DNA of 64,000 nucleotides from Picochlorum sp. SENEW3 (Eukaryota): positions 868,001 to 932,000 of the forward strand of contig CP120461.1 in NCBI GenBank assembly GCA_034226945.1, read 5' to 3'. The position numbers and the translations under genes were made by a program. Within the stretch, counting starts at the first letter, position 1; the number at the start of each line of letters is the position of its first letter. The notes beneath the pieces are model-generated. The model had not been told where the DNA came from. It saw only the letters and a program-made list of their open reading frames with translations, and did not search any database. This document shows positions 54,938 to 64,000 of the stretch, one piece after another.

Positions 54938-56054
54938 CTATGGAATTGGTTTCGATGCAACAATTTTGTCGACAATCCGCGTCAAACTCAATGCACTGGG
55001 ACTTGCTTTTGCAGTTTCGAATATTGAAACGCCCTGCTCTGCAGCCTTGCTCATTTCCAAGTCCATTGGTATCTTTCCTAGAAAAGGGACTCCGAATTCA
55101 TCTGACATTTTCTCAGCAGCACCATCCTTGGCGAAAAGCAGCTCACCATTGGCGCGAATATCCCCAGCATTAATACTGCCAAGAGCTTCACGAATCTTAC
55201 TGGAAACATCATGGCCATCCTGGTCAACAAATGACAGCGAGGCCACCGGCACTGTGAACCCTGACATATTTTCTACAACTCCCAAGATTGGAACGCCAGT
55301 CTTTTTGCAGAAATTTATTTCCTTTCTGACATCAATCAGGGATACCTCTTGCGGCGTTGAAACAATAACTGCCCCAGCCAGATTCCCATGTGCCTTGTGA
55401 CTGGGCAGCAAAAACTGCACAGCCGAAATGTGCTCATCTGATGTGCCGGGGGGCGCATCAATCACAAGATAATCCAGCTTTCCCCAATCCACATCCTTCA
55501 GAAACTGTTTAATGAGGCCATTCTTGCGTGGCCCCCTCCAAATAACTGCATCATCTGGATTTGTGAGCATAAACCCAATGCTCATCACACCAAGATTCTC
55601 CTCGACATAGACAGGAGACCATCCAGAATTGCTATGATGAATTTCCTGCCCTTCCAAACCGAGCATTCTTGGCATTGACGGGCCACATATGTCAATATCC
55701 AGCAGGCCCACTTCCAAACCTTTGGAGGCCAGAGAGAGAGCCAACTGGGCACTCACTGTGGATTTTCCGACCCCGCCTTTCCCTGAAAGTACTAGCACAG
55801 TATTCTTTACATACTGTAATCTTTCAGCGATTGTCTGGAGATCCGGATCTGGACCCTTGGGCGCAGTGGAACAAATCTTCTGGTTGGGGCACCCAGCACA
55901 CGCAGAAGCTTTTCCTGCCTGTTCGCTATTCGTTCCAGGACAACCTGTAAATGCATTATTATGACTTAATGGGTCAACTGTAGATTAGGTATCCGAGAGA
56001 AAACGATAATAGCGTACTCTCTGGTGCATTGTCCGGCACATGCGACGTAGCCAT
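54938..56054 (-). CDS. NBP35: Cytosolic Fe-S cluster assembly factor NBP35; exons 56054-56018, 55944-54938
   Basis: N-terminal CPG...[46 protein letters not shown]. Confidence 0.95.
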
Positions 56055-56376
56055 TTGAAATACTGAATCGAATTCGTAGGTAAAGTTTTACAGTCAAGGA
56101 TATTCAGAAACAAAATACTGAATCATCAGCATTGCACATCCGTGATACAAGGTTGGCAGTCTGGATCTTGATACATGCACAGGCACTCTCCAGCAACGAT
56201 TTCAGTCTCTTCCGTCCACGCATTGGCCAATGGATTCTGACAGTGACGGTGTCAGACACACTGAGACCAGGGTTGCCATCTGATCCAGGTTCCCAAAAGT
56301 CGTCGACTGACCTTCTCATAGCGTACTCCTGTCCATTGAACACCAATGTGACGTCACCAAACCAGACTAAAAGTTG

Positions 56377-57405
56377 TCAGCCGAGGCCCCAAAGCTCAAC
56401 TGCACCTATTCGAAACTCTTCCGTGCTAGACAAACTATCATTTCCAAAGGTCAGACTGGACCTGGATAGGCCAGAAGAAAGGTCACTATTTAGCCAAATG
56501 GCATACCCCCCTGCCCCGCCCACAGCAATGGCCTCATGTGTTCCCCACATGAAAAAATCATTCTGCGACTCTGCTGACTTTTTCCACCACCAATGCCATA
56601 CACCAGGATTCGGCTCAACTCGGAACACAAAAGTCTCCCCCGTGCCATAATATCTACTGCTCAACTTCCATGGCTCTGAACAGAATGCCCCAAAAACATG
56701 CTTATCCATATCTCTCACGAGCAAGACTGTGGGAGCTTTCCCTTTACTTTTACGCAATAACGTCTGCATGCTGATTCCATCTCTATGTGTGCTGTAGAGA
56801 AGAGTCCATGACTTTTGTCTATGTCGCAACGGCACATGAGATATTATGCTCTGAATGTCCTCTCGTGACACCAACTTGCTCTCCTCACTTAGCATGGGGT
56901 CATTCAGTTCCTCAAGTAGAACAGCGCTAGATAGCAATGGCAAAGGGTCTACCCGATCGCCAAGCCGGACAGATTCCTTTTCTACAGGTCCTGGGGAAAA
57001 CTGCAATCCCCTCCTCTCCTTCTCATCCTCCAGATCCAATGCTGATATCCCAGAGACAGAGGAAGCATTCCTTGAATGCGTTATTGACTGAGATACACTG
57101 TCATCGTCCTCCAGATCTACTATATCCGCCACTGCGTCCATGAACCTGCGAGCACCACTGACAAATTTTCTCCAAGGCCCCTTCCTATCTGGAGATGGAG
57201 CCCTCAAACTCCCCATGCTGGACGAGGCTGTCATTCGCCCTTCACTGTGTCGGATAGATTGTGCTGGCGATGGGTTAATCCCGTAATCAGACACTATGAA
57301 ATCGCCCCCCGAAACGTTCTTCTCGTCTGCAGGGGCCTCGGACAGTTCTACAAACACAGCAAGGAACAGTGAAACAGTCGTCGTATCGCCCACCCTCTCA
57401 TCCAC
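56377..57405 (-). CDS. TLDc domain (OXR/NCOA7-like) protein; 5' exon unresolved
   Basis: WTLLYSTHRDGIS, VFGAF, YYGTGETFVF, AVGGAGGYAIWL, TFGNDSLS, VELWG. Confidence 0.9.
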   Translation of the reverse strand: MDERVGDTTTVSLFLAVFVELSEAPADEKNVSGGDFIVSDYGINPSPAQSIRHSEGRMTASSSMGSLRAPSPDRKGPWRKFVSGARRFMDAVADIVDLEDDDSVSQSITHSRNASSVSGISALDLEDEKERRGLQFSPGPVEKESVRLGDRVDPLPLLSSAVLLEELNDPMLSEESKLVSREDIQSIISHVPLRHRQKSWTLLYSTHRDGISMQTLLRKSKGKAPTVLLVRDMDKHVFGAFCSEPWKLSSRYYGTGETFVFRVEPNPGVWHWWWKKSAESQNDFFMWGTHEAIAVGGAGGYAIWLNSDLSSGLSRSSLTFGNDSLSSTEEFRIGAVELWGLG

Positions 57406-57757
57406 ATGTAGAACAAACCCTGTATGAATTTTTTAAACATGAGAAGCAACTCAAAAGCCCAGGAAGCCTGCTACTTGTGCTTCCTGAACTAGATTTGGGG
57501 GGTCCGAATTCCCGTCAACCAAACACAGCCATGCCCAGAATTTGGATACCATGCAAGTCTGATGAATTAATTCAACTCCTGAAGCTTATCCGTGCAGAAT
57601 ACAATGACCTCTGCAGAGTCTATCATTGCCATGATCAATGGTCAATGGCCATCTGGCCAATGACTGGCAGTCACCATGGTACAACATTGGGAAGATGTGT
57701 GATCATTCTATAAAAAGGATGTGTTACCATGTGTCAAAATATGTATGTTTATAGCAT

Positions 57758-58879
57758 TCATCCCCATCGGACGACGGCAGAAGCCCATGAGAGACCAGCA
57801 CCAAATCCAGCAAGGCCAAGGACATCTCCCTTCTTAATGTCCCCTCTCCGGACGGCCTCGTCTAACGCAAGGGGGATTGAAGCAGCAGATGTATTTCCAT
57901 ACTCGGAAAGATTGGAGACAACTCGCTCAGGAGGGACGCCTAGCCTATCAGCTGCAGAGGAGAGGATTCTCATGTTGGCCTGGTGGAGGACAAGCCAGTC
58001 AATGTCTTCCTTTGTCATTCCAGCATCTTTCAGCGCCGCACCAATGACGTTTGGTACAGCGCGTACGGCAAATTTAAACACTTCTTGTCCATTCATTGAA
58101 AGATTTGAATACGAGCCTTCTGAAGAAGCACCCTCACCTTCAGGCTTGTTTCCATGCCCAGAGAAGGGGCAGTTGAGATGTTTGAGACCTTCTCCATCGG
58201 AGTGCATGTCAATTCCTAGCAGCCCACACGGCGCATTGGCATCTTCGTGAGCACGAAGTACAACCGCCCCTGAGCCGTCACCGAATAAGACGCACGTGTT
58301 GCGGTCTCTCCAGTCAATGTACCTGGAGAGTGCATCAGCCCCGATGACAATCACATTCTTGTATGTACCTGAACGAATAAATTGAGAGCCTGTCGCAAGA
58401 GCCATCACAAATCCACTACAGGCTGCAGTGAGGTCAAATGCTGCTGCCTTTTTCGCCCCAATCTCAGCCTGGACGGTGGTTGCACTTCCAAACAGGTCAT
58501 CCGGACTGGATGTCGCAAGGATGATAAGATCCACCTCCTCAGCACTCATCCCTGCCATCTCTAACGCTCTAATCGCCGCTAATGATGCGTGAGAACTCAG
58601 TTTCTCGTTCTCCATCAGTATATGGCGCTTCCTGATACCAGTTCTGGTCGTGATCCATTCGTCACTCGTCTCTACATACTTTTCCAAGTCTTGGTTCGTC
58701 AACACCAAATCCGGAACTGATGAGCCGCATCCAGCCAGCTGCACGCTACTTTTTACACTGATATCCAATCTATAATTTTCTCCATTATGTTGCCTCGATC
58801 CTGTGTATCTGCCAAATGCCGTCCGTGAGATGGACAGAGTACAAGAACGGCTCGTTCTACTGGGCAGCAATTTTGACAT
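57758..58879 (-). CDS. fabH: 3-ketoacyl-ACP synthase III, plastid
   Basis: TSDEWITTRTGI, AACSG, FGDGSGA, MNGQEVFKFA, LHQAN, GNTSAASIP, GFGAGLSW. Confidence 0.97.
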   Translation of the reverse strand: MSKLLPSRTSRSCTLSISRTAFGRYTGSRQHNGENYRLDISVKSSVQLAGCGSSVPDLVLTNQDLEKYVETSDEWITTRTGIRKRHILMENEKLSSHASLAAIRALEMAGMSAEEVDLIILATSSPDDLFGSATTVQAEIGAKKAAAFDLTAACSGFVMALATGSQFIRSGTYKNVIVIGADALSRYIDWRDRNTCVLFGDGSGAVVLRAHEDANAPCGLLGIDMHSDGEGLKHLNCPFSGHGNKPEGEGASSEGSYSNLSMNGQEVFKFAVRAVPNVIGAALKDAGMTKEDIDWLVLHQANMRILSSAADRLGVPPERVVSNLSEYGNTSAASIPLALDEAVRRGDIKKGDVLGLAGFGAGLSWASAVVRWG

Positions 58880-59212
58880 GGCTCTACCTTTTAAACTATT
58901 AGATGTTGACAATGTACCCCAATTATGGCTTAATGGCGATCAGAACTGCCTTCTGCGAGGTACAGTGAAATCCACGATACGCTCCCCAAAAGAATTTCTA
59001 CTTGGCTACGCTTGTGGGAAAAAAGCCATCAATTTTAAACTCTGAAACAGTTTTATTGATTAAAATGTGATCCATTGCGCAGGCACATGATCGAGCAAAA
59101 AGAAACTCATCTGTCTGCATCCGGATTTGATCTCATCATGGTGGTGGTGCTCTATGCAAAACAGCTGGAACAACCAGTTATATATAATTGGTCGTGCAAA
59201 AACAAGATTCTT

Positions 59213-60556
59213 CTATTGCTGCTTGCACTCTGCTTCCTTTGCATCCTCTGGCTTGAGTTCATACTCTTCATCATCCTCATCATCATAGTCTTCCTCCCCA
59301 TCTTCGTCCTCCTCCTCGTCGTCCTCTTCTTCTTCTTCAATAGCTTCTCCTGTAAACCAATGGACTGCATGAGGAATGATGTCTTCACGGAGGCTCTCGC
59401 CCATGGCCAGAATCTTTTCAATCTCCTCCTGGGTTTCTTCAGCCTCCTGCTGTTCCATGTCCTGGATATCCTCCAACACTGGTGGCGAGAATATGTTGAA
59501 GAATGAATCGACCTTTTCTTTCTTGACTGCAGGCTTCTTACCCTGACCAGATTTCTTCTTCATCACCTTGATGGTTGGATTGACAGAGTCTGAATGCCAG
59601 TGAATCTTGGTTCCCTCCAGCTCATCCACCTGCATCATTCCTCCCTCCTGATACAACTCAATCAGCAATGAGAGTACCTTATTTGAGAAGTATTTATTCT
59701 CTCTGAATACAAAATTCAGGCGATAGCCCTTTTCATCACCATCCTCATCCAAGACATCTTCACAGGAAATATCCTCCAAAAATTCCAAGATTTCTGAATC
59801 TTTTTCAGTCAGCTGCAACCAGTCACACCAACATGAGTTCACACCAATACATATATCAGAAGAATATACATATACGTACAATAGGCTCAAACAATGGATT
59901 GTTGCTCAAAGCAATGAGCCAAAAGTCTGGAATACCAACCACCTCTTCTTCGTCCTCTTCTTTTTCTTCTTCCTCTTCTTCAACAGCATGCTCTTCTGGT
60001 ACCTCATCTTCCCCGGCAACAATCTTTCTCCTCATCACAAGCAAACCATCAAATGTAGGCTTGTATTTCCTTTCCAAAGCTTTGATCTCCTCATTCAAAG
60101 CCTCCTCTGCTGCATCGTAATCAGCCTGAATGCTCTCCAGGTACGCAATACGAGCTTTCACAGTCCCTGGTAAACTCTCAATGTACCCACTACTAGTCCC
60201 GATGAGATTCTGCAACCCAGCCTGCATAGCCTGCACCAAACTCGCCTGCAGGACGTCTGCACAACAACAACAACAACAACAACACACTCTCACTCAGATC
60301 ACCCAACCCCCTCTTCCACGCATGCACATCACATTGTTAATACATGACCAGTCTCATATCACCCATACCAGACCACCGCAGTCTGACTGAGTTTTCAAAC
60401 GTGATTCTGATCCAACACACCCAACCCTGTATACAGCACCGTACCGTCTGGGATATTCATTTCTTTGAGAAGTTTTGATACATCTCCGTCTTCTGGTAAG
60501 GTAATATCCTCCACATCCTCCTCCCCTTCGTCCTGAACGTGTCGCTTTGGTGGCAT
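59213..60556 (-). CDS. NAP1: Nucleosome assembly protein 1; exons 60556-60445, 60256-59880, 59812-59213
   Basis: SGYIESLP, GIPDFWL, ENKYFSNKVL, SFFNIFSPP, IIPHAVHWFTGEA, acidic tail ending ECKQQ. Confidence 0.95.
60262..60282. repeat. (CAA)7 microsatellite at the 3' end of NAP1 intron 1
   Basis: Directly visible; reads (TTG)7 just before the tgcag acceptor on the minus strand. Confidence 0.9.
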
Positions 60557-60705
60557 GCTAGTCCTCGACGTATACTCTCGCTGTCCTGGCGATGATGCGA
60601 CTATGTATGGCTTCTTATTACATATATATTTATAAAAGTAAGAAATCTAGCCTTGTCGTTGAAAATTCAAAACTCTCTGCAAACGATGATGAGGATGGCC
60701 ACTGC

Positions 60706-61371
60706 TCAGATGCCTTTGAGACCAGAAATATTGGCCTTGACAGTCCAATCGGTCAACGCAATGACTGTGTCCACATACTCTTTCTTAGCTCCATCCAAAG
60801 ATCCTGAACCCAAGGCGGATACCAAGCTATTCAACTCTGCCATGGCAGTCTCTCCAGCACTCTGTGATGCGCTATCAAGAGACAATGTCTTCACAGAAGC
60901 AGCAGTCTTGCTGGCGTCGAGGCCTGCTGCGGCCGCGTTGGCTTGCTCAACGGACCCCTGAGCCAAAGCTTCTCCGATCTTGGCCAGAGCATTCACGGCG
61001 AGCTGCACAGCTGCAATGTCTTGCTTCGAACCTTTGTCTACGAAACCTTCGGCTCTGCTGAATTCCTTCTCTGCCTTTTTCTCTCCAGCAAGTCTCTTCT
61101 GACGATTCGCTTTTGCTTTCTGGACCATTTCTTCGTCGTCATCGTCGGGGATGAGTGCGAGCGCTGGCAATGGAGTTGCCATCAGTTGCACTGCAGCCAA
61201 CAATCCAGCGCCCAACACTGCTCCCCTTCGGCCCATGACTCCCTGATGCATCACATCGGTGCAATCTGACTTGACTGCGCTTACTGTGATGGCGTGACGC
61301 CTGCTGCCTGTCGTGAGGCTGAGGGTCGAGACGGTGGGTACTGAGCGTGTCAAGCGTTGAGCGATCATCAT
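60706..61371 (-). CDS. Thylakoid lumenal 16.5 kDa protein (MPH2-like)
   Basis: Bipartite transit peptide with twin-Arg GRRGAVLG and ALA cleavage site; mature start LIPDDDDEEMVQKAKANRQKRL; LAKIGEAL. Confidence 0.7.
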   Translation of the reverse strand: MMIAQRLTRSVPTVSTLSLTTGSRRHAITVSAVKSDCTDVMHQGVMGRRGAVLGAGLLAAVQLMATPLPALALIPDDDDEEMVQKAKANRQKRLAGEKKAEKEFSRAEGFVDKGSKQDIAAVQLAVNALAKIGEALAQGSVEQANAAAAGLDASKTAASVKTLSLDSASQSAGETAMAELNSLVSALGSGSLDGAKKEYVDTVIALTDWTVKANISGLKGI

Positions 61372-61762
61372 TGGTGTACAATTTAATGACTATCTGGTGT
61401 AAGAAAAAATTATACGAATGCGGTCATGGTCTGCGGTGATGAATCAATGGATCCATGGTTTTTTGTGAGGGAGACAGATATCTCCAAAGAGCTCCTGTCA
61501 ACAGAGTATTTTGACAGGAGTCTGCAATTGTCCTCGCTGGAATGACTGTGTTCCTATTGAAAATTCATCCACCTTGCTTTTCTATTACTGAGGAACAGAG
61601 ACATTTGTTCCTATTTTCTATATTAATGCAATACATGGACAGAAGGTAAACGGTGGTTGCCTGCACCCGTGCTCGAGGCCTGAAAGAGAAGAATTTGTTT
61701 ATTTCCAAGGCATCGTACCGAGTACCCAGCGCATATCTTCTGGTTAGAATTACATTTATAGT

Positions 61763-62920
61763 ATGGATCACCCCCCTGCGCCGAATATTCTTACCTACGA
61801 CTCTTCGAGCATCGTCTTTGCTCTAGATTGGAGTGTGAGTGCCCTGGAGTTTTGCAGACTTCTTGATATTTCTTCATCTCGACTGATTGGTTGGTTGTAA
61901 TTGTGCAGTCTCGGCAAGATAAGGGTGTACGAGTAGCTGTTGGCAGTTTTGTGGAGGGTGTCTCGAACACAGTCGAGATTCTTCGCGGTACGGTTCATCT
62001 GTGAGTCTCTGTTCTACTTGGGAGATGTGGGCATAATTTTTTGTATATGAGGTGCAGTGACTCCCGCAGGTTTAATTTTGGATGAAAAGGAAACGTTCGG
62101 CATAGAATATCCGGCGACGCAGGTGGGATTTATTCCTGACAGGTTTTGCAACAAGCCAGATTTGTTGGCAACCTCTGGGGATGCTGTTAGGTTGTGGAAA
62201 ATTTCAGACGCAGGGACGACGCTTGAACTTGTGTTGAATGATCCAAAGAATACCTCTAAAAATTTCAGTGCGGTGACCTGCTTTGATTGGAGTGAAATCA
62301 ATGTGAAAGTGTTGGCGGCAGGGTCGAGTGCAGGGCGATTATTGCTGTGGGACACCGAGTCAGGGAGGCTGCAGGGCACAATGGTGGGACATGAGGATGA
62401 GATTCTTGATTGCCAGTGGGCAGCAAATGATGTGATTGTTTCTTCTTCGGGCGATGGATCGATTCGGATGTATGACCTGCGGGATAAAGACCATTGCACG
62501 GTATTGTACGAGACCCCCAGGAGGACCCCTGTGCCGAGCTTTTGTTGGAACAAGCTGGATCCGAAGTATCTTGCATTTTCTATAGAAAAGAGTCGGCTTG
62601 TTAGTGTTCTCGATGTTCGCTTTCCGACAGAGCCGGTGATCTTGCTGGACGGTCATATGGGGAACTGTACAGCACTTGGTTGGTCCCCTCACAGAGAGGG
62701 ATACCTCTGCTCGGTTGGAGATGATTGCCATGCATTGATATGGGACATGGGGAAGGTGAATAGTGAGGAGGATAGTAAGCCAAATCGAGAGGCGGTGGAC
62801 GCATCTCCTATCCTAGCGTACAATGCTCAGGCAGAGATCAATGCGATGGCTTGGAATCCAATAGACCCAGATTGGATTGCCATTTGCGCTAGAAACAGAA
62901 CACGAGTATTGAGAATATGA
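61763..62920 (+). CDS. DCAF7/AN11/LWD-type WD40 protein; exons 61763-61834, 61909-61987, 62058-62920
   Basis: VFALDWS, VAVGSF, YPAT, DLLATSGDAVRLW, DGSIRMYDLRDKDHCTVLYE, LDVRFP, GDDCHALIWD, PDWIAI..RVLRI. Confidence 0.88.
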
Positions 62921-62974
62921 GATTAAATGCATTTGTATTAACTAATCCTTTGTAAGAAGGAGACTTTTCGGTAT

Positions 62975-64000
62975 TCATACAGCTTCATCAATCTCCATGC
63001 TGATCACCACTTGGGGTCCCTCCTTTGTTTTAGAGCGGGCCAGTGGCTCATTCGGACCATCGTAATACATTCTATAGTTCTTGATGTATATATATTGGTC
63101 TCTATTTGGACTCCATGTAGCATCGCTTCCACCATACCAGGATGCTATATTTATCCCTTCAATTTTGACGGTATCATTGGTTCTCCAAACAAAGTTAAAT
63201 TTCTCATAGGCAGTCTGGTCATTCACGACAAGCCTAATCATCCCGTCCGGGTATCCAGGATTGTTTAGTTTCATTTGTACCTTCACTTTATTCCACTGTC
63301 CTGGCTGGAACCTGAATGATGCCCTACCAAGTGACCATCCTGCTGTCCCATCACAATTGTTGCATAGGACAGATGGTGTCTTGGTATTGCAGTCTGGAAG
63401 TTCGGGGCACAAAGTTGGGTCTTGGGAAGGGAAAGGAGCGTATACGTATGCTTCCCCATAGCCTTCCCTTCTCCACATGACCCTATAAGAGAAACAGTCG
63501 TAATCTCTGTTTCCTCCTCCACACCCTATACCATTGGATGCCCCTCCCATGAAGCCAGGTAGCTTGCCTCCTTTCACCCATTCAAAATCAAGTGGGAAAT
63601 ACACGTCGTACTCTAATGTCGCTCCAGAAGCTGACACAGGATATGTTTTTTCAGAAGGCTCCGTTTTTGTAGGGTAGGTGTAGAAAAGGACTCCCCCTGG
63701 CTTCTCCGACCCAGGAGACCAAGAACCAGCTGGGTACGAAATCTTCATCACTGGCTGACTGCTGTCAGGGTCCGTTGGATCTATTGGATACTGTTCATAA
63801 GGATACGACTGTCCTGCAATCAAGCTACATTGCTGCCTCCTCTGTGCGCACGAATTTTTGACGTAAGATGGGGTGAAATATGACATGCCATAGACAGAGT
63901 CCAGTCTGCCCAACCACGATGGAACGTTCTGGCCATTCTCAGTCATAACGCGCTCCTTCCCTTTCGCAGTGAGGGCCCTGCCAGTCATACTGTCTATTAA
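62975..64000 (-). CDS. Polysaccharide lyase family 14 (vAL-1/alginate lyase-like); frame stays open past the right edge
   Basis: YPAGS, LEYDVYFPLDFEWVKGGKLPG, CGGG, CFSYRVMWR..G.GEAYVY, RASFRF..GQW, DG.IRL.VN, WYGGS. Confidence 0.8.
   Translation of the reverse strand, partial: LIDSMTGRALTAKGKERVMTENGQNVPSWLGRLDSVYGMSYFTPSYVKNSCAQRRQQCSLIAGQSYPYEQYPIDPTDPDSSQPVMKISYPAGSWSPGSEKPGGVLFYTYPTKTEPSEKTYPVSASGATLEYDVYFPLDFEWVKGGKLPGFMGGASNGIGCGGGNRDYDCFSYRVMWRREGYGEAYVYAPFPSQDPTLCPELPDCNTKTPSVLCNNCDGTAGWSLGRASFRFQPGQWNKVKVQMKLNNPGYPDGMIRLVVNDQTAYEKFNFVWRTNDTVKIEGINIASWYGGSDATWSPNRDQYIYIKNYRMYYDGPNEPLARSKTKEGPQVVISMEIDEAV

Noticed and set aside
60256..60293. Poly-Cys N-terminus (VCCCCCCCC) in the NAP1 ORF track
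   Set aside because: Translation of the intronic (TTG)7 tract, removed by splicing
60257..60444. Long NAP1 intron (and RRS1 intron 7067-7218 with a 14-nt palindrome at 7172-7185) as snoRNA hosts
   Set aside because: No properly spaced C (RUGAUGA) and D boxes or convincing H/ACA layout seen; an Rfam scan would settle it
1..64000. CRISPR arrays, prokaryotic defence systems, transposons, rRNA or tRNA genes
   Set aside because: No repeat-spacer arrays, transposase or RT motifs, or RNA-gene signatures recognised; the window is intron-containing eukaryotic DNA

Overview
This is gene-dense eukaryotic nuclear DNA from a chlorophyte green alga. I infer a compact trebouxiophyte such as Picochlorum from the short GT-AG introns (about 60-190 nt), roughly one gene per 1.45 kb, plastid-targeted proteins and recurrent TGTAA poly(A) signals. 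About 44 protein-coding genes can be modelled by eye, mostly housekeeping (PEPC, SEH1, SPCS3, TOP6B, MCU, RRS1, SLD5, TFB5, REX1-B, SufB, TrmL, ASL, cathepsin X, shugoshin-like, MscS-like, kinesin, MenE, BRCA2, PET117, FAD2, MSH6/7-like, RRA, DHFS, beta'-COP, eIF1, PcyA, DBP9, ADAT1, NBP35, TLDc, KAS III, NAP1, MPH2-like, DCAF7-like, PL14). Several (PEPC exon, TFB5, PET117, shugoshin, a 121-aa basic protein) only emerge after splicing. I recognised no rRNA, tRNA, CRISPR array or transposon. The most notable signal is operon-like architecture: TFB5(REX1-S) overlaps REX1-B by 17 nt, SLD5 may join that unit, and a small basic protein ends 4 nt before the ADAT1 start. Other highlights are overlapping or abutting convergent 3' ends, a PL14 lyase, an orphan secreted polyglycine protein, and the poor-context eIF1 start codon. 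All family calls rest on motif recognition, not database searches.
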